In this document: piece after piece, positions 9,212 to 19,190 of the stretch
Numbering within the stretch: position 1 is the first letter of the stretch
Layout: each line of letters begins with the position of its first letter
Virus record (IMG/VR): IMGVR_UViG_3300047463_000230
Span: 1 to 63,361 of that record
Reading direction: 5' to 3' (one strand)
Length of the DNA stretch: 63,361 nucleotides
Source: a virus
Lineage: Duplodnaviria; Caudoviricetes
Made by a program: the position numbers and the translations under genes
The notes under the pieces: model-generated
The model's database searches: none
Told to the model about the DNA's origin: nothing
What the model saw: only the letters and a program-made list of their open reading frames with translations

Positions 9212-9915
9212 CGGCCAACGTCAACGAGCCAAAATAGCCCCGCACCCTGCATATCCCTCTTATAACTCTTGAAGTCACTTTCACTTAAAGACAGCCCAGC
9301 ACCCTTGTCTGCTACGTACCGCACCTTTTGAGAAGGATACTTTTTGAATATACGTGCTGCCTTTTTATAGTCTGCACTTCTCACACCCTCCTCACGCACA
9401 ACAAAGTCTATTTGTGGGCCATTGTCCGCGTCGCCGCGCAGCAGCGCCTTGACTGCGTCCAAGTCCTTGCGCATGTCAGCAAGGCAGGCGGCGCGGGTGC
9501 TGTCCTTGCGTCCCTGCCCCGCGTCGCCGCGCCGCACCGCGCGCTCCATTTCTGGCCACGACATATGGTCAAGGACGCCAGGGTCATCACTGATCAGTTT
9601 CAGTATCTTGCGCCGCAGTACGTCGCGGTCTTTGCCCGCTTTGATATTGCGCGCCAGCCAGGACTCTAGGTGGCGCTTGGTATAGTCGTCGAGGGTGGCA
9701 GCATCGCCACGCACCCCCAGCAACCGACGACGCCCCATCATGGCGTCCATGCGGGCCGACAGGCCCGCGATGCTGCCGGCCAGCTTGTCAATGGCATCCC
9801 CGCGCGCCTTGCTGTACGCAATGGCGGCAGCCTGTTTAGGGTCTTTGCCATGGCGTATTTCGGTCGCGATGTTGTGACCAATGACTTCTTTGGACGAACC
9901 GGATTCGAGCGGCAT
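9208..9915 (-). CDS. Putative internal head protein with repeated RGDA motifs
   Basis: Start 9915 with GGAG RBS; N-terminal MPL..G.SK.VI..NI..EI..GK..KQA.AIA.S module common in phage head regions. Confidence 0.6.
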   Translation of the reverse strand: MPLESGSSKEVIGHNIATEIRHGKDPKQAAAIAYSKARGDAIDKLAGSIAGLSARMDAMMGRRRLLGVRGDAATLDDYTKRHLESWLARNIKAGKDRDVLRRKILKLISDDPGVLDHMSWPEMERAVRRGDAGQGRKDSTRAACLADMRKDLDAVKALLRGDADNGPQIDFVVREEGVRSADYKKAARIFKKYPSQKVRYVADKGAGLSLSESDFKSYKRDMQGAGLFWLVDVGR

Positions 9916-9929
9916 GTGGGATAGCTCCG

Positions 9930-10775
9930 TCAAGCAGCAGCGGCCGCCGCAGCGGCGCGGGTCAGGGCAGCAGCGCCCTTCTTGGTCAGCATATTCGTCG
10001 GCAGGCTGCGCAAGGTGTAAATGAACTCCGCCCAACAACGGCAAAAGACTTCCTCACCCACTGCGGTGATGTCGTCGTAGTAGCCGGCAGGGCCAGCGCG
10101 CATCAGACCCTTGTCCAAGGCCCAGCAGCCACGGATGGCATATATTTCGCCGTCCCGGTCCTTGTGGTCGGGGCGGTAATCGTAGCCATGCTGGCGCCAA
10201 TGCGACCGCCACTTGACGGCGATGGCGCCGCCGTCCTTGGCGACGATGTCCGAAATAGCGGCGGACAGTTTGTGGCCTTGGTCGATCAGCACACGGCGCT
10301 CAAGGAACGGCAACTGCTTAAGCGACTTGCGCACATCGGTCTTGGTCTTGACCTTGTCAGTCTGTTTGGTGCCGCCCTGCGGGATCGACGTGGCCCAGCC
10401 CTGAAACCGCTGCACCGTCTTGGCAATCATTTCGCGACGGTTGAGCTTGATCAGGTTCGCAGACGCCATGATGCGCCGGTCTAGTTCGGCGCGCAGCTTG
10501 GGCTTTATTTGGTCCAGCGTGTAGCGGCTGACGCCGGGGTGATACTTATAGATGCCACCGTGGTCAACCTGACGCCGGTAAATGGCGGTCAGGCCCTCGC
10601 GCATCAGCGCCTCGACGCGCTCTGGCGACGACGCCTCGCGCTCCGCTGCAATAAGCAAATCGCGCGTCCAACGATCGACGCGCTCCATGCTGTCGAACCC
10701 ATGGTCCGTCAAGTCGGCCACCGCCGCCGTCAGCACTTCGGCAAACGTCTGGGGGCGACCGCTAGTCCGCGCCAT
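9930..10775 (-). CDS. MuF/SPP1 gp7-like head morphogenesis protein
   Basis: RPDHKDRDG and C-terminal GEEVFCRC motifs; directly after the portal. Confidence 0.75.
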   Translation of the reverse strand: MARTSGRPQTFAEVLTAAVADLTDHGFDSMERVDRWTRDLLIAAEREASSPERVEALMREGLTAIYRRQVDHGGIYKYHPGVSRYTLDQIKPKLRAELDRRIMASANLIKLNRREMIAKTVQRFQGWATSIPQGGTKQTDKVKTKTDVRKSLKQLPFLERRVLIDQGHKLSAAISDIVAKDGGAIAVKWRSHWRQHGYDYRPDHKDRDGEIYAIRGCWALDKGLMRAGPAGYYDDITAVGEEVFCRCWAEFIYTLRSLPTNMLTKKGAAALTRAAAAAAAA

Positions 10776-12294
10776 TGGCCGCCCGCCGGTTCATGAAATT
10801 GGGCAACGCCACAGGCTTGCTGCGCGCTGGCCGCTTGACCAAGTTGGCAACCGCCCGCCCCAGCTCCTTGGCCGCGTCGCTGTCGGCAAACGGCCGTGGC
10901 GCGTGGGGTTCCTCGGCCGGCTCTTCTGGCGTGTACGCCGCCAGTGCTTCATAGTCCAGCACCAGCGGCGACCCAAACATGGTCTTCAGTTCATTGAAAT
11001 TGTCCGCCGCCCACTGCAACAGCGCCGCCTTGTTGTCGGGGTCACACTGCGGCAGCAGCACCTCGACCAGCGCAATAACGGCGCGCAACTTGGCGTCATC
11101 GACCTGGACTTTTTCGGACGGCGGCTCGACCAGGAAAGACGGCCAAGTGGCCTCAAACGAATTGACCCAGGCAAAGAAGGCCTGATTGTACGGCACCTTG
11201 CCGTACTCCTCGGGGAAGTCGTTCTGAATGGTCTTGTAGAAGTCCGGGTTCCAGGCCCGGTACTGCACGATCTTGTCAAAGAAATCATATAGCGCCTTGG
11301 TGCGCTCGCGCTCGCGCTCGATGTACTGGGCCACCTGCTTGGCGTCTTCGGTGCCCTCGCCAAAGCCCTCGGCAAAGGTTTCTGCGTTCAACAGCTTGGC
11401 CGGCATGCCAGCGGCAGCGGCAATGTTTTCCAGGATGTTCTTGCGCGCCTGCGTCATCGGCGGCGCTAGGTTGTTGAGGTTGATCGACTCAATGTCTTCC
11501 TCGGTGCTGATCGACACCACATTGTCTGTTTGCGCTTCCTTCAGGACACTGCGCTTGGTCGCCGCCATCGACGACATGATGTTGTCAATGATGGACCCCT
11601 GCGGCTTCATTTTGGCGACCAGAACCCCCGCCTTGCGGGTGACCATGTCGTCGGTAAGCATCGAGTTCAGGAAGGACTTGAGCGGGAACAACGCGCGTTG
11701 GTAAGCGGACCGGCCGACATAGCCAAAGGCCGACGTGGTGTATCCGATATAAATGGGCTGTTCATTCATGACAATACAGGACCGGGACCGATGGTAGGTC
11801 TTGCCCTGCACAGTGATGTCTGTGGTCTTCTGGAAGTCCACAGCGTTGGGGTCTTGGTTAAGCACCAACGAGCCGGCGGTGTTTAAGGGGTCAAAGACGT
11901 TGAAGCTGATGTCGGACTTGTACAGCTTGTCGTATTCGACAGCGTCGCCCTGCTTGTCTTTTTCATCGACCACAGCCACGGAGGCGATGCCATAGACACG
12001 GGACAGGGTGTGCACGTTGGCGATGTGCTTGTCAGCGCCAATCCTGACCCACTCTTTTTCGAACTGCTCGCGCAGCCGGTCTTCCGGCCCCTTTTGGATC
12101 GTAATGTCGCGCTTCTGGCTCTGCGCCATCTCGATGGGCTTGCCGGCAATAAGCGCACCAAGCGGATGGTACTCGTAGATCGCCTTACAGACCTGATACG
12201 ACGGGGCATCGCCCGGCTGTATTTCAGCCAAGCTCATGAACTGCTGGAGCGCATTGCCAAACGTCGCTTGGTTGTTGGCAGTCAGTATGGACAT
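10762..12294 (-). CDS. Portal protein (DUF1073-like)
   Basis: 510 aa after TerL; SRVYG and NIAAAAGMPAKLL...GTED motifs. Confidence 0.8.
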   Translation of the reverse strand: MSILTANNQATFGNALQQFMSLAEIQPGDAPSYQVCKAIYEYHPLGALIAGKPIEMAQSQKRDITIQKGPEDRLREQFEKEWVRIGADKHIANVHTLSRVYGIASVAVVDEKDKQGDAVEYDKLYKSDISFNVFDPLNTAGSLVLNQDPNAVDFQKTTDITVQGKTYHRSRSCIVMNEQPIYIGYTTSAFGYVGRSAYQRALFPLKSFLNSMLTDDMVTRKAGVLVAKMKPQGSIIDNIMSSMAATKRSVLKEAQTDNVVSISTEEDIESINLNNLAPPMTQARKNILENIAAAAGMPAKLLNAETFAEGFGEGTEDAKQVAQYIERERERTKALYDFFDKIVQYRAWNPDFYKTIQNDFPEEYGKVPYNQAFFAWVNSFEATWPSFLVEPPSEKVQVDDAKLRAVIALVEVLLPQCDPDNKAALLQWAADNFNELKTMFGSPLVLDYEALAAYTPEEPAEEPHAPRPFADSDAAKELGRAVANLVKRPARSKPVALPNFMNRRAANGAD

Positions 12295-12665
12295 TAGAGG
12301 GACTTGACCTTCTGCGCCAGGGCGGAACGTGAAAACGGCGGATCACCGAACAGGACAGCGGTCAACGGCATGTCGTCCATTTCGCGTGACGCTGCGTCGG
12401 CCTCGTATCTGACTGCATACGGCACCGACGGCCCCGCGCGCCGTGCATCCTGCAACGACACGACGTTGTCACCGGCACGCAGCCGCGCGGCGGACTCCGC
12501 CTTCTTGCGCGCAATGCGCTCGCGCACCCCCGGCACCAGCTCCTGCTGCACCGTCACATAGGACCGCCGCAGGCGCCGCGAAATTTCCTGAATGCCGGTA
12601 CCATTGCGGTACAGCTTGCGCATCAGGGCAATTTCGTCAGCAGTCAGGGCCTTCGGGTGCGGCAT
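12294..12665 (-). CDS. HTH-like DNA-binding protein
   Basis: LTADEIALMRKLY..G.GIQEISRRLRRSYVTV helix-turn-helix pattern. Confidence 0.5.
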   Translation of the reverse strand: MPHPKALTADEIALMRKLYRNGTGIQEISRRLRRSYVTVQQELVPGVRERIARKKAESAARLRAGDNVVSLQDARRAGPSVPYAVRYEADAASREMDDMPLTAVLFGDPPFSRSALAQKVKSL

Positions 12666-12668
12666 GCG

Positions 12669-13949
12669 TCAAAAGCCTTCCGAGTTTCCGACACCAATGG
12701 CGATGCCGTAGGTGAAGCAATCCAACAGGTCATCGTCGACTAGGTCGCGGTCGCCGATGCGGAATGACACGATTTGCGACAGCAGGTGGTTACGCGATGT
12801 CATTTTGTAGTTCACAACGCGGTCGAATGCCTGCTGTGAAAACTTGATCATGCCGCGATACACATAGCCGCTGACTGACACCGCGCGCTCAGACTTGCCG
12901 ACCGCCGTCAACTTGCTGTCGATGGCCCGCGCCGGCCAACCACGCCGCGACGCCTGTTGCAGCAGCACCATGCCACTGGCCTTGTCTTCGACCCACGCAC
13001 CAAGCGACCCGCGCCGTGCTCGACATTGCTTGGCGAAGGCTTCGAGGTTCTGAAAGATTGTCGGCAGCCATGTCTCAAGGAAGGCGCCTTCAATTTGAAT
13101 CAGATCGTAGTCCAGTATTGTCAGCGCCGGGTACGCGGGGTTAGACCGGTTGACCGCCCAGTACACAACGCCCGTGCCGTCGTTTTCCTTACCCGTCTTG
13201 GTCGCCGTGTCGATGGTGGCGTACACAGCATCACAGATTGACGGGAAGGCGACCGGGGCGCCGTTGACCAGCAGCGCATCCTTGGCAAAAAACGCAACGC
13301 CTGCCCAGTCAACGAACTCGGCCAGATATTCCTGCTGGTAGACCAGCGGGTGGTTTTCCGCCTCCAGCTTCTTAAGTTCCGCCGCTGGCAGATATGGGTT
13401 GTTGTGCGTCGGGGCGTGGTACTGAACAAACCCGTGCTCGGGCTGGTTACAGATTTGCCACATGAAGTTGTCGGGGTCAACGCCATTGGTGTTTGACAGC
13501 ACCAGCGCCTTGCCCCGGTAATCCAGCAACGTCGGCCGCAGGTTCTTGCGCCAGATGTCGATGGTCTTGGGTTTAGTGAACGCACCTTCGTCAATGATGA
13601 TGCGGTGATACTTACGCGAGCGGCCCGCTAGCTCATTCTCCAGGGACCAGAAGTCAATGCGACCGCCGGTCTGGGTCGTATACACGCCGTCCTTCGACGC
13701 CGCCTTCTTGATGGGGTCAAGCATCGCCGCCAGAGCCCGATAGGTCTCGGCGATGAACTTGTACTCTGGGGCGAACCAGCCGACATACTTGCCGTTGGCC
13801 GCATCGGACGCCGCAACAGTGATCCCGTATTCAGTCTTGCCCCAGCGCCGACCGCACCGAACAACCTTGAACCGACCCTTTAGCTCGTGTGCCTTGACTT
13901 GATCAGGGTGCAGGGTCGGGATGCCGAGCGCAATGTTCCTATTCGTCAT
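12669..13949 (-). CDS. terL: Terminase large subunit
   Basis: Walker A CGRRWGKT, Walker B IIDEGA, nuclease D.A...D and DDLLD; start trimmed to 13949. Confidence 0.9.
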   Translation of the reverse strand: MTNRNIALGIPTLHPDQVKAHELKGRFKVVRCGRRWGKTEYGITVAASDAANGKYVGWFAPEYKFIAETYRALAAMLDPIKKAASKDGVYTTQTGGRIDFWSLENELAGRSRKYHRIIIDEGAFTKPKTIDIWRKNLRPTLLDYRGKALVLSNTNGVDPDNFMWQICNQPEHGFVQYHAPTHNNPYLPAAELKKLEAENHPLVYQQEYLAEFVDWAGVAFFAKDALLVNGAPVAFPSICDAVYATIDTATKTGKENDGTGVVYWAVNRSNPAYPALTILDYDLIQIEGAFLETWLPTIFQNLEAFAKQCRARRGSLGAWVEDKASGMVLLQQASRRGWPARAIDSKLTAVGKSERAVSVSGYVYRGMIKFSQQAFDRVVNYKMTSRNHLLSQIVSFRIGDRDLVDDDLLDCFTYGIAIGVGNSEGF

Positions 13950-14268
13950 CGTCGTCAGGAACGTCAGGCAACCCACCGATTATTGTGACCTTAATGGGCT
14001 CCGATGTTTCATTGCCGCCCATGGGCACCTTGCCCTCGATGCGGTCGAAAATTTCCTTTATGGCGGGCACATCGCCGCCGGACGCTGCCTTGATGAGCGC
14101 ATCGACCACCTTGTGGGCGCGCATCATCTTAGTCTTCGGGTCCAACTCATTCAGCTGAGAGATCAAGGCTTGTGTCAGGAATTTGCCACGCCCGCCGGGA
14201 CCGGCGTTGCCAATCCCAGCTTTGTTTCCCTTCTTGAAGGAACCTTTATTTGGCTTGGTATTTCCCAT
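13939..14268 (-). CDS. terS: Terminase small subunit-like protein
   Basis: FKKGN..GN.G motif and GDVPAIKEIFDRIEGK; directly upstream of terL. Confidence 0.7.
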   Translation of the reverse strand: MGNTKPNKGSFKKGNKAGIGNAGPGGRGKFLTQALISQLNELDPKTKMMRAHKVVDALIKAASGGDVPAIKEIFDRIEGKVPMGGNETSEPIKVTIIGGLPDVPDDDDE

Positions 14269-14456
14269 AATTCAACAAACCGTGTTGCTCGGATTATGAT
14301 GCTGTAATCATTTACAAGGCATTAATGCAAAACAAAACACAGTTTTGCAGTTTCTATCAATGCCTGAATTTTGGGTGAGTTTTGCTGACTGTGAGCGAAT
14401 GATCAGTTCGCTCTGGGGCGGGGGTGGCTGCCAATGATTGTGCCAACAAGAACCGC

Positions 14457-14984
14457 TCATCCGATTTCTCTATGCTCCAATTTTTTGAAATTGGAAAGTG
14501 GTATTTTCACATCATTCCTTATCCCAAGAACCAACACTGACAATTTTCCGCTTTGTTCGTTCAATATCTTTACAGTGCGGCCTGCCAGTGCACCTTCTGT
14601 AATTTCATAAAGCTTTCCAACAATTACCTCCTCAATACGCCTTGTCTCGTCATATTCACCTGATGCCTCACTATCGAACAGTCGTGCCATCTCCTCAGAC
14701 CGGATCGCAGAAGCCTCCCCATTGCACCCAACAAAGCCAAATATCTTTGAGTCACAACAAGAAACTGCAGATCGCGGAACATCAACAGGAACATCAACAA
14801 ACAGGTATCCTGGCATAAGTGCAAATGTCCTTCGGACCCTCCGAACCTTTGTGTTCTTTCCCCTCGCCTTGCACCACAGCAATCTTTTTGGGTAAAATGG
14901 TTGGCAAAGCGGCGCCTTTTCAGCAATCTTTTCTGAGATGCGACTTTCGGCGCCAGCAGCAACAGCGAGCACAAACCAAGTCAT
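14457..14984 (-). CDS. NusG/RfaH-family antitermination factor
   Basis: NGN domain (WFVL...LMPGYLFV) plus KOW-like ITEGALAG. Confidence 0.75.
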   Translation of the reverse strand: MTWFVLAVAAGAESRISEKIAEKAPLCQPFYPKRLLWCKARGKNTKVRRVRRTFALMPGYLFVDVPVDVPRSAVSCCDSKIFGFVGCNGEASAIRSEEMARLFDSEASGEYDETRRIEEVIVGKLYEITEGALAGRTVKILNEQSGKLSVLVLGIRNDVKIPLSNFKKLEHREIG

Positions 14985-14996
14985 TCAATCCTCCCT

Positions 14997-15434
14997 TCAC
15001 AAGCTTCCTGAGATTATGATTGGAACCAGTTCAGATGCCAGGTCAATCACCCTTAGCCGTTCATTTCCACCAGCAATGAATTGCTCACCAGACAACACAA
15101 CAACAATCTTGCCCGGTAGGGCGGAAACGAAAATTGACAACACTCCTGCTTTTGCTGCTCGCAGATGGAAGCGCCGCTGCACAGGACGAGCTTCCATCTT
15201 GACCTTCCAATTGACAACATCCCAAGCCTTCAACTCAACTGGGATAAATCCAATCCCAGGCACAGGCATGAATAAATCCGGCACCCCAGGAGTTCCGCCG
15301 CGTGCTGCCTCGACCCAAGCCAAGTCGCCCGGACCCGCCCAAGTCGCCCGGACCCAAGAGCGCAGCCAAGCTTCTTTCGGCGCCGTTGCTGAGCGCTCTT
15401 TCCAAGCCGATCCACCGATCCACTTTTTGGCCAT
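14997..15434 (-). CDS. PD-(D/E)xK nuclease (VRR-NUC/resolvase-like)
   Basis: TPGVPDL...VELK...RPVQ motif. Confidence 0.6.
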   Translation of the reverse strand: MAKKWIGGSAWKERSATAPKEAWLRSWVRATWAGPGDLAWVEAARGGTPGVPDLFMPVPGIGFIPVELKAWDVVNWKVKMEARPVQRRFHLRAAKAGVLSIFVSALPGKIVVVLSGEQFIAGGNERLRVIDLASELVPIIISGSL

Positions 15435-15543
15435 TTCCTAAAACCTCTTTACTGTTTCTCTTTTTCTCTTCCTCTTCAAAGATGCAAGAAAGGGAAATAG
15501 TGGTAAAAGTGGATCGGTGGATCGGCTTTGAGTTTGGTTTCAC

Positions 15544-17781
15544 TTACATGGATAAAGTCTTGATATCAAACTCGTTTACCCCATCAGCGGCCAAATTTTC
15601 CGGCAATCTTTTAGCCAACCCAGCGTCCGTTGCCATGATCCGGCGCATCGAGCCGTCCGGCGACCAGCGCCGCGTCTTGGCCTCCCCAATCCACCAGCCA
15701 CGGCTCTTAGCGAGCCTCCGAATGGTCGCCGGCTTCTCAATCCGGTCATTGTGCCGACCATCATAAAGGCGATTTTTGATCACATCAATAATGGCCCCGT
15801 CGGTGATAAATACAGGCGTTCCCTCGCTGGCCAGTTTGATCTCATCAAGAATATTAGCCGCAATCATCATTCCCGGCGACATCTGCTCCTCAATCATTTC
15901 GCGCTTGGCCCCAGAGTCCGGCGCTGTTTCACCAGCCATCACCTGACGGTTGTCCAGCAGCCATTCATCAGCCCACTGCATGATGATCCCGAGACCCCCG
16001 GCATTCTCTAGCCAATCATTAAATGCTGCCCAATAGGCTGGGCCAGCAGCCTTCTCTGTTATCTTAGGAACAAACCACCTTCGGTCATCCATGCTGAGCT
16101 TCAGCGCGCGAGCTGAATTAGAACAGGCGAAGATGTGCAGCCAGTTTTCGATTTCATAGGTGCTTTGGTGCTTTTTGTTCACAGTGATGTAGCGATCTGT
16201 AATAACCGATTTCAACTTGTTGTATGCCTTTGTGGAAGAGCCAGCGTAAATTTCATTGACGATTGCAATTCGTTTATGAGCAATCCATGCGTTGAAGTTT
16301 GACTCAACAATATCAGTTTCGCTGGGGAATGATGTGTTTTCATATCCAATGATTGGCGCCAACACCTTTTCGCCCAGTGTTGTTTTTCCAACACCTTGCG
16401 TTTCTGATATCAGAAGCAGCCCATAAAGCATCTTGGTCGCCGGGCGCGCGATAAGCGTTGCGCACCACCGCATCACCTCATGCCGGTCACCATCATCAGG
16501 GATCAATCGCTCCATGAATTCGATCCAAGGGCCAGCGTCTCCCTTCTCCGGCTTAATGTTCGAGGGACAGTGGGTGTTGATGAATTGCCCCTTGTCATTT
16601 GTTCCATACCATCCCGGTTTCTGCCCTGGAAGATAGTGCATTTGCTTGGCCTTTGAGGCTTGGTCGGCGCGCAGCAGCCTCGCCACATCATCCACATGTG
16701 AGTAGGGGCGCACAAGCGAATTGAATTCAGCAGCAGTGAGGATGCGGCCAGGAAAGTCGCAATTGATGAAAGCTTCCGGCGAGACAATGTGCCACCACTC
16801 CTCCCGAAATGTTCGCTTTAGAGCAGCAATCGGACGACCTCTCCCCTCAGGATTGGGCAACAATTCGGTTGCCCATGTTGCTGATATCATTAGCGAGCGG
16901 AGCGTCGGCCCTTTGTACCGGCGCCCCGAGGCAGTTTTCGCAAACAACTTCTCTGGCATTGCATCGGCCATGTCCCAAGATTCAGGCCATCGCTTGTCGA
17001 ATAAAATTCCCTTCATTGGTCCGCCAAAGCATTTTGAAACCTCTTTCAGTGCCGAACGGCCGGGCCAGTCATTGTCGCAAACATAGACCACCTCAATGAA
17101 TTGAGCAGCGCGCAACTCTTGATAATCAGAACGATGGGGTGCGAGCGCGCCGCCGATCATTCCCCAATGCTCAAAAGACGAAAGCTCTTCTGCCCATGGA
17201 TGGGTTGCGCGCGCCTCGGCTGCATCGCTGTCCTTTCCATTGATGAGCCAATCCACAAATGCTGCAGCTTTCGCACCTTCGTGGATCATCACCCGAGCTG
17301 CATTCGTTCGTTTCGCAGGCTTCCAGAATGGTAAATCGCCATCCGGCTCCATCTGTCGCCATATGCCATCAGACCACATTGACCATGGATAAAAGGTCTT
17401 GGAGCCATCATCATTTTCGACCCGCACCTGGGCCATTGAAATTTTGCCATCGCTGTGGCTGTAAAGCGGGAAGACCTTTGAGCGCTCGAATTTCTGTTCT
17501 TTGATCAGTTGTTCGAGCGCTGCATTGGTGGCTGTGATTGATTTCGGAAAATTGATATTGACAAATGCTGCGCGGATGGCAGCAGATTCTTCACTTGTTG
17601 GTTTGTGTTCTTCATTTGAACATTCAATGGCACCATCAGCTGAAATTTTTATCAGTGTTCTTTCAGTGTAGTAATTCCCCTTGTATTCTCGCACCATTGC
17701 CCGCCGGAAGTTGAGCGGCTCAGCGCCGATGCGTGCAAAATAGGCCAGCAGCACTGCTGGGTGCTTATAAGCAGCGGTCAT
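15544..17781 (-). CDS. TOPRIM primase fused to SF3-like (DUF5906/D5-type) helicase
   Basis: IHEGAKAA and CDND TOPRIM motifs; QGVGKT Walker A, VNE, DDRRWF; RBS before ATG 17781. Confidence 0.75.
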   Translation of the reverse strand: MTAAYKHPAVLLAYFARIGAEPLNFRRAMVREYKGNYYTERTLIKISADGAIECSNEEHKPTSEESAAIRAAFVNINFPKSITATNAALEQLIKEQKFERSKVFPLYSHSDGKISMAQVRVENDDGSKTFYPWSMWSDGIWRQMEPDGDLPFWKPAKRTNAARVMIHEGAKAAAFVDWLINGKDSDAAEARATHPWAEELSSFEHWGMIGGALAPHRSDYQELRAAQFIEVVYVCDNDWPGRSALKEVSKCFGGPMKGILFDKRWPESWDMADAMPEKLFAKTASGRRYKGPTLRSLMISATWATELLPNPEGRGRPIAALKRTFREEWWHIVSPEAFINCDFPGRILTAAEFNSLVRPYSHVDDVARLLRADQASKAKQMHYLPGQKPGWYGTNDKGQFINTHCPSNIKPEKGDAGPWIEFMERLIPDDGDRHEVMRWCATLIARPATKMLYGLLLISETQGVGKTTLGEKVLAPIIGYENTSFPSETDIVESNFNAWIAHKRIAIVNEIYAGSSTKAYNKLKSVITDRYITVNKKHQSTYEIENWLHIFACSNSARALKLSMDDRRWFVPKITEKAAGPAYWAAFNDWLENAGGLGIIMQWADEWLLDNRQVMAGETAPDSGAKREMIEEQMSPGMMIAANILDEIKLASEGTPVFITDGAIIDVIKNRLYDGRHNDRIEKPATIRRLAKSRGWWIGEAKTRRWSPDGSMRRIMATDAGLAKRLPENLAADGVNEFDIKTLSM

Positions 17782-18013
17782 GAATTGATCTCCCCGTCCC
17801 ATACAAGAGCGTCCATGGCAATTGGCCATGGATTATTTCCGAGTTTTCACTTTTCGCCGATTTTACAAATCTACCCAATTAAATCTCGGAGCCAATTAAA
17901 AGGAAATTGTTTTTATCAGTCAATTGTTTTATACAACGCATCCTGCACACTGTGTTATGATCTGCTCGAAAATATTTCTTTTCTTTTTATAATTTTTGGC
18001 GAATAAATCTCCG

Positions 18014-18042
18014 TTGCGATTCGTCCCGCCATTTTCGCACAT
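18014..18042 (+). promoter_or_regulatory. Candidate sigma70 promoter in divergent AT-rich region
   Basis: TTGCGA-N17-GCACAT after an AT-rich tract, ahead of AGGAG RBS. Confidence 0.3.
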
Positions 18043-18063
18043 GGCAAACAGGAGTTGATACAC

Positions 18064-18888
18064 ATGGCAAAAGCTGCCACTGCTCGCACTGAGCACCTCC
18101 CCACCAAAACTGAATCAAAGGCCAATCTGCCCGCTACGGCGGCGGATGAGTTTGCTGGCATGCCCACTGGCCTCGAAAATGTGACAGCAAAGGATTTGGT
18201 GATTCCTCGCATCACCATCCTGCAAGCGCTGAGCCCGCAGCTGATCAAATCAAAGCCAGAGTTCATCAAAGGTGCCGCTGCTGGCATGTTCTGCGATGTT
18301 GCCACCGGCGACACCTGGGCTGACTCCCTCGACTTCCTTCCGTGCTTTTATGCCACCATCTATCTCGAATGGGCGCCACGCTCGTCGGGCAAGGGTCTCG
18401 TTGCAAATCACGGCACCAATGCTGCGATCATGAGCGACTGCACCTTTGACGACAAGCGCCGGGCTGTCCTTCCGAGTGGCAATTACATTGCTGAGACTGC
18501 AACCTACTATGGCCTCAACATGTCGGCTGGAGGCCGGCGCAGCTTCATTCCACTTTCCTCGACGCAACTCAAGGCATCGCGCAAGTGGATGACGCTGATC
18601 ACCAACCAGCGTCTCAAGCGCAGCGATGGTTCTGAATTTGTGCCGCCGCTGTTCTATCGTTGCTGGCGCGCCGAGATCACCGAGCAGAGCAACAGTGAGG
18701 GGTCATGGTTCGGCTGGAAGTTTTCGCCTGGCAACACTGTGTTGGAACTTGATCCGACCAAGGCATTGCTCGCTGATGCCCGCGACTTCTATGAGCAGGC
18801 TCGCGCTGGTTTGGTCCAGGGTGATCTTTCATCTTATGCTGAGGAAGGCGCTGCAGATCGCAGCAGCAGCGACGACAGCGCTATGTAA
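18064..18888 (+). CDS. Putative ssDNA-binding/annealing protein
   Basis: GLENV...D..IP.I.ILQ.LSPQ pattern, aromatic-rich core, acidic tail. Confidence 0.55.
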   Translation: MAKAATARTEHLPTKTESKANLPATAADEFAGMPTGLENVTAKDLVIPRITILQALSPQLIKSKPEFIKGAAAGMFCDVATGDTWADSLDFLPCFYATIYLEWAPRSSGKGLVANHGTNAAIMSDCTFDDKRRAVLPSGNYIAETATYYGLNMSAGGRRSFIPLSSTQLKASRKWMTLITNQRLKRSDGSEFVPPLFYRCWRAEITEQSNSEGSWFGWKFSPGNTVLELDPTKALLADARDFYEQARAGLVQGDLSSYAEEGAADRSSSDDSAM

Positions 18889-18895
18889 TGACACA

Positions 18896-18929
18896 TCGCC
18901 CGGCGCCTCAAAGATAAGGCGCCGGGCGA
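18896..18929 (+). terminator. 13-bp GC-rich hairpin
   Basis: tcgcccggcgcct-N8-aggcgccgggcga just after the stop; no U tract. Confidence 0.45.
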
Positions 18930-18957
18930 CCTCAAAATAATAAAAAGGGCTAATGCA

Positions 18958-19173
18958 ATGATGAAATATCGCATTGTTGTTGGATCGCTCGATGGCTCAG
19001 CAAAGGCCGAACAGCTTGGATCATTCGGAAACCCCATTCAGCTCAACATCTCTGATCTGCGCCGTGCTCAGTATCCAACCGAGCATGCCAATCGCCCTTA
19101 CATCTATGTCATTCCCAAAGATGGAAAACTGACGAAGTGGTATCGCAGCTATGCTGATTATTGTTTTGACTGA
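18958..19173 (+). CDS. Hypothetical protein
   Basis: ORF in operon orientation. Confidence 0.45.
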   Translation: MMKYRIVVGSLDGSAKAEQLGSFGNPIQLNISDLRRAQYPTEHANRPYIYVIPKDGKLTKWYRSYADYCFD

Positions 19174-19190
19174 TAAAGGAGAGTGGCACA

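Noticed and set aside
5342-9265. Long plus-strand ORFs antisense to head genes (and similar ones at 45914..46834, 58747..59418, 61784..62485)
   Set aside because: Shadow ORFs of GC-rich coding sequence; no RBS or motifs
14431-14447. Sigma54-like TGGCAC-N5-TTGG on the minus strand before terS
   Set aside because: The invariant GC at -12 is displaced by one base
17876-17900. Repeated CCAATTAAA as a CtrA box
   Set aside because: TTAA half-sites are 13 bp apart, not 7; may still be an origin or operator repeat
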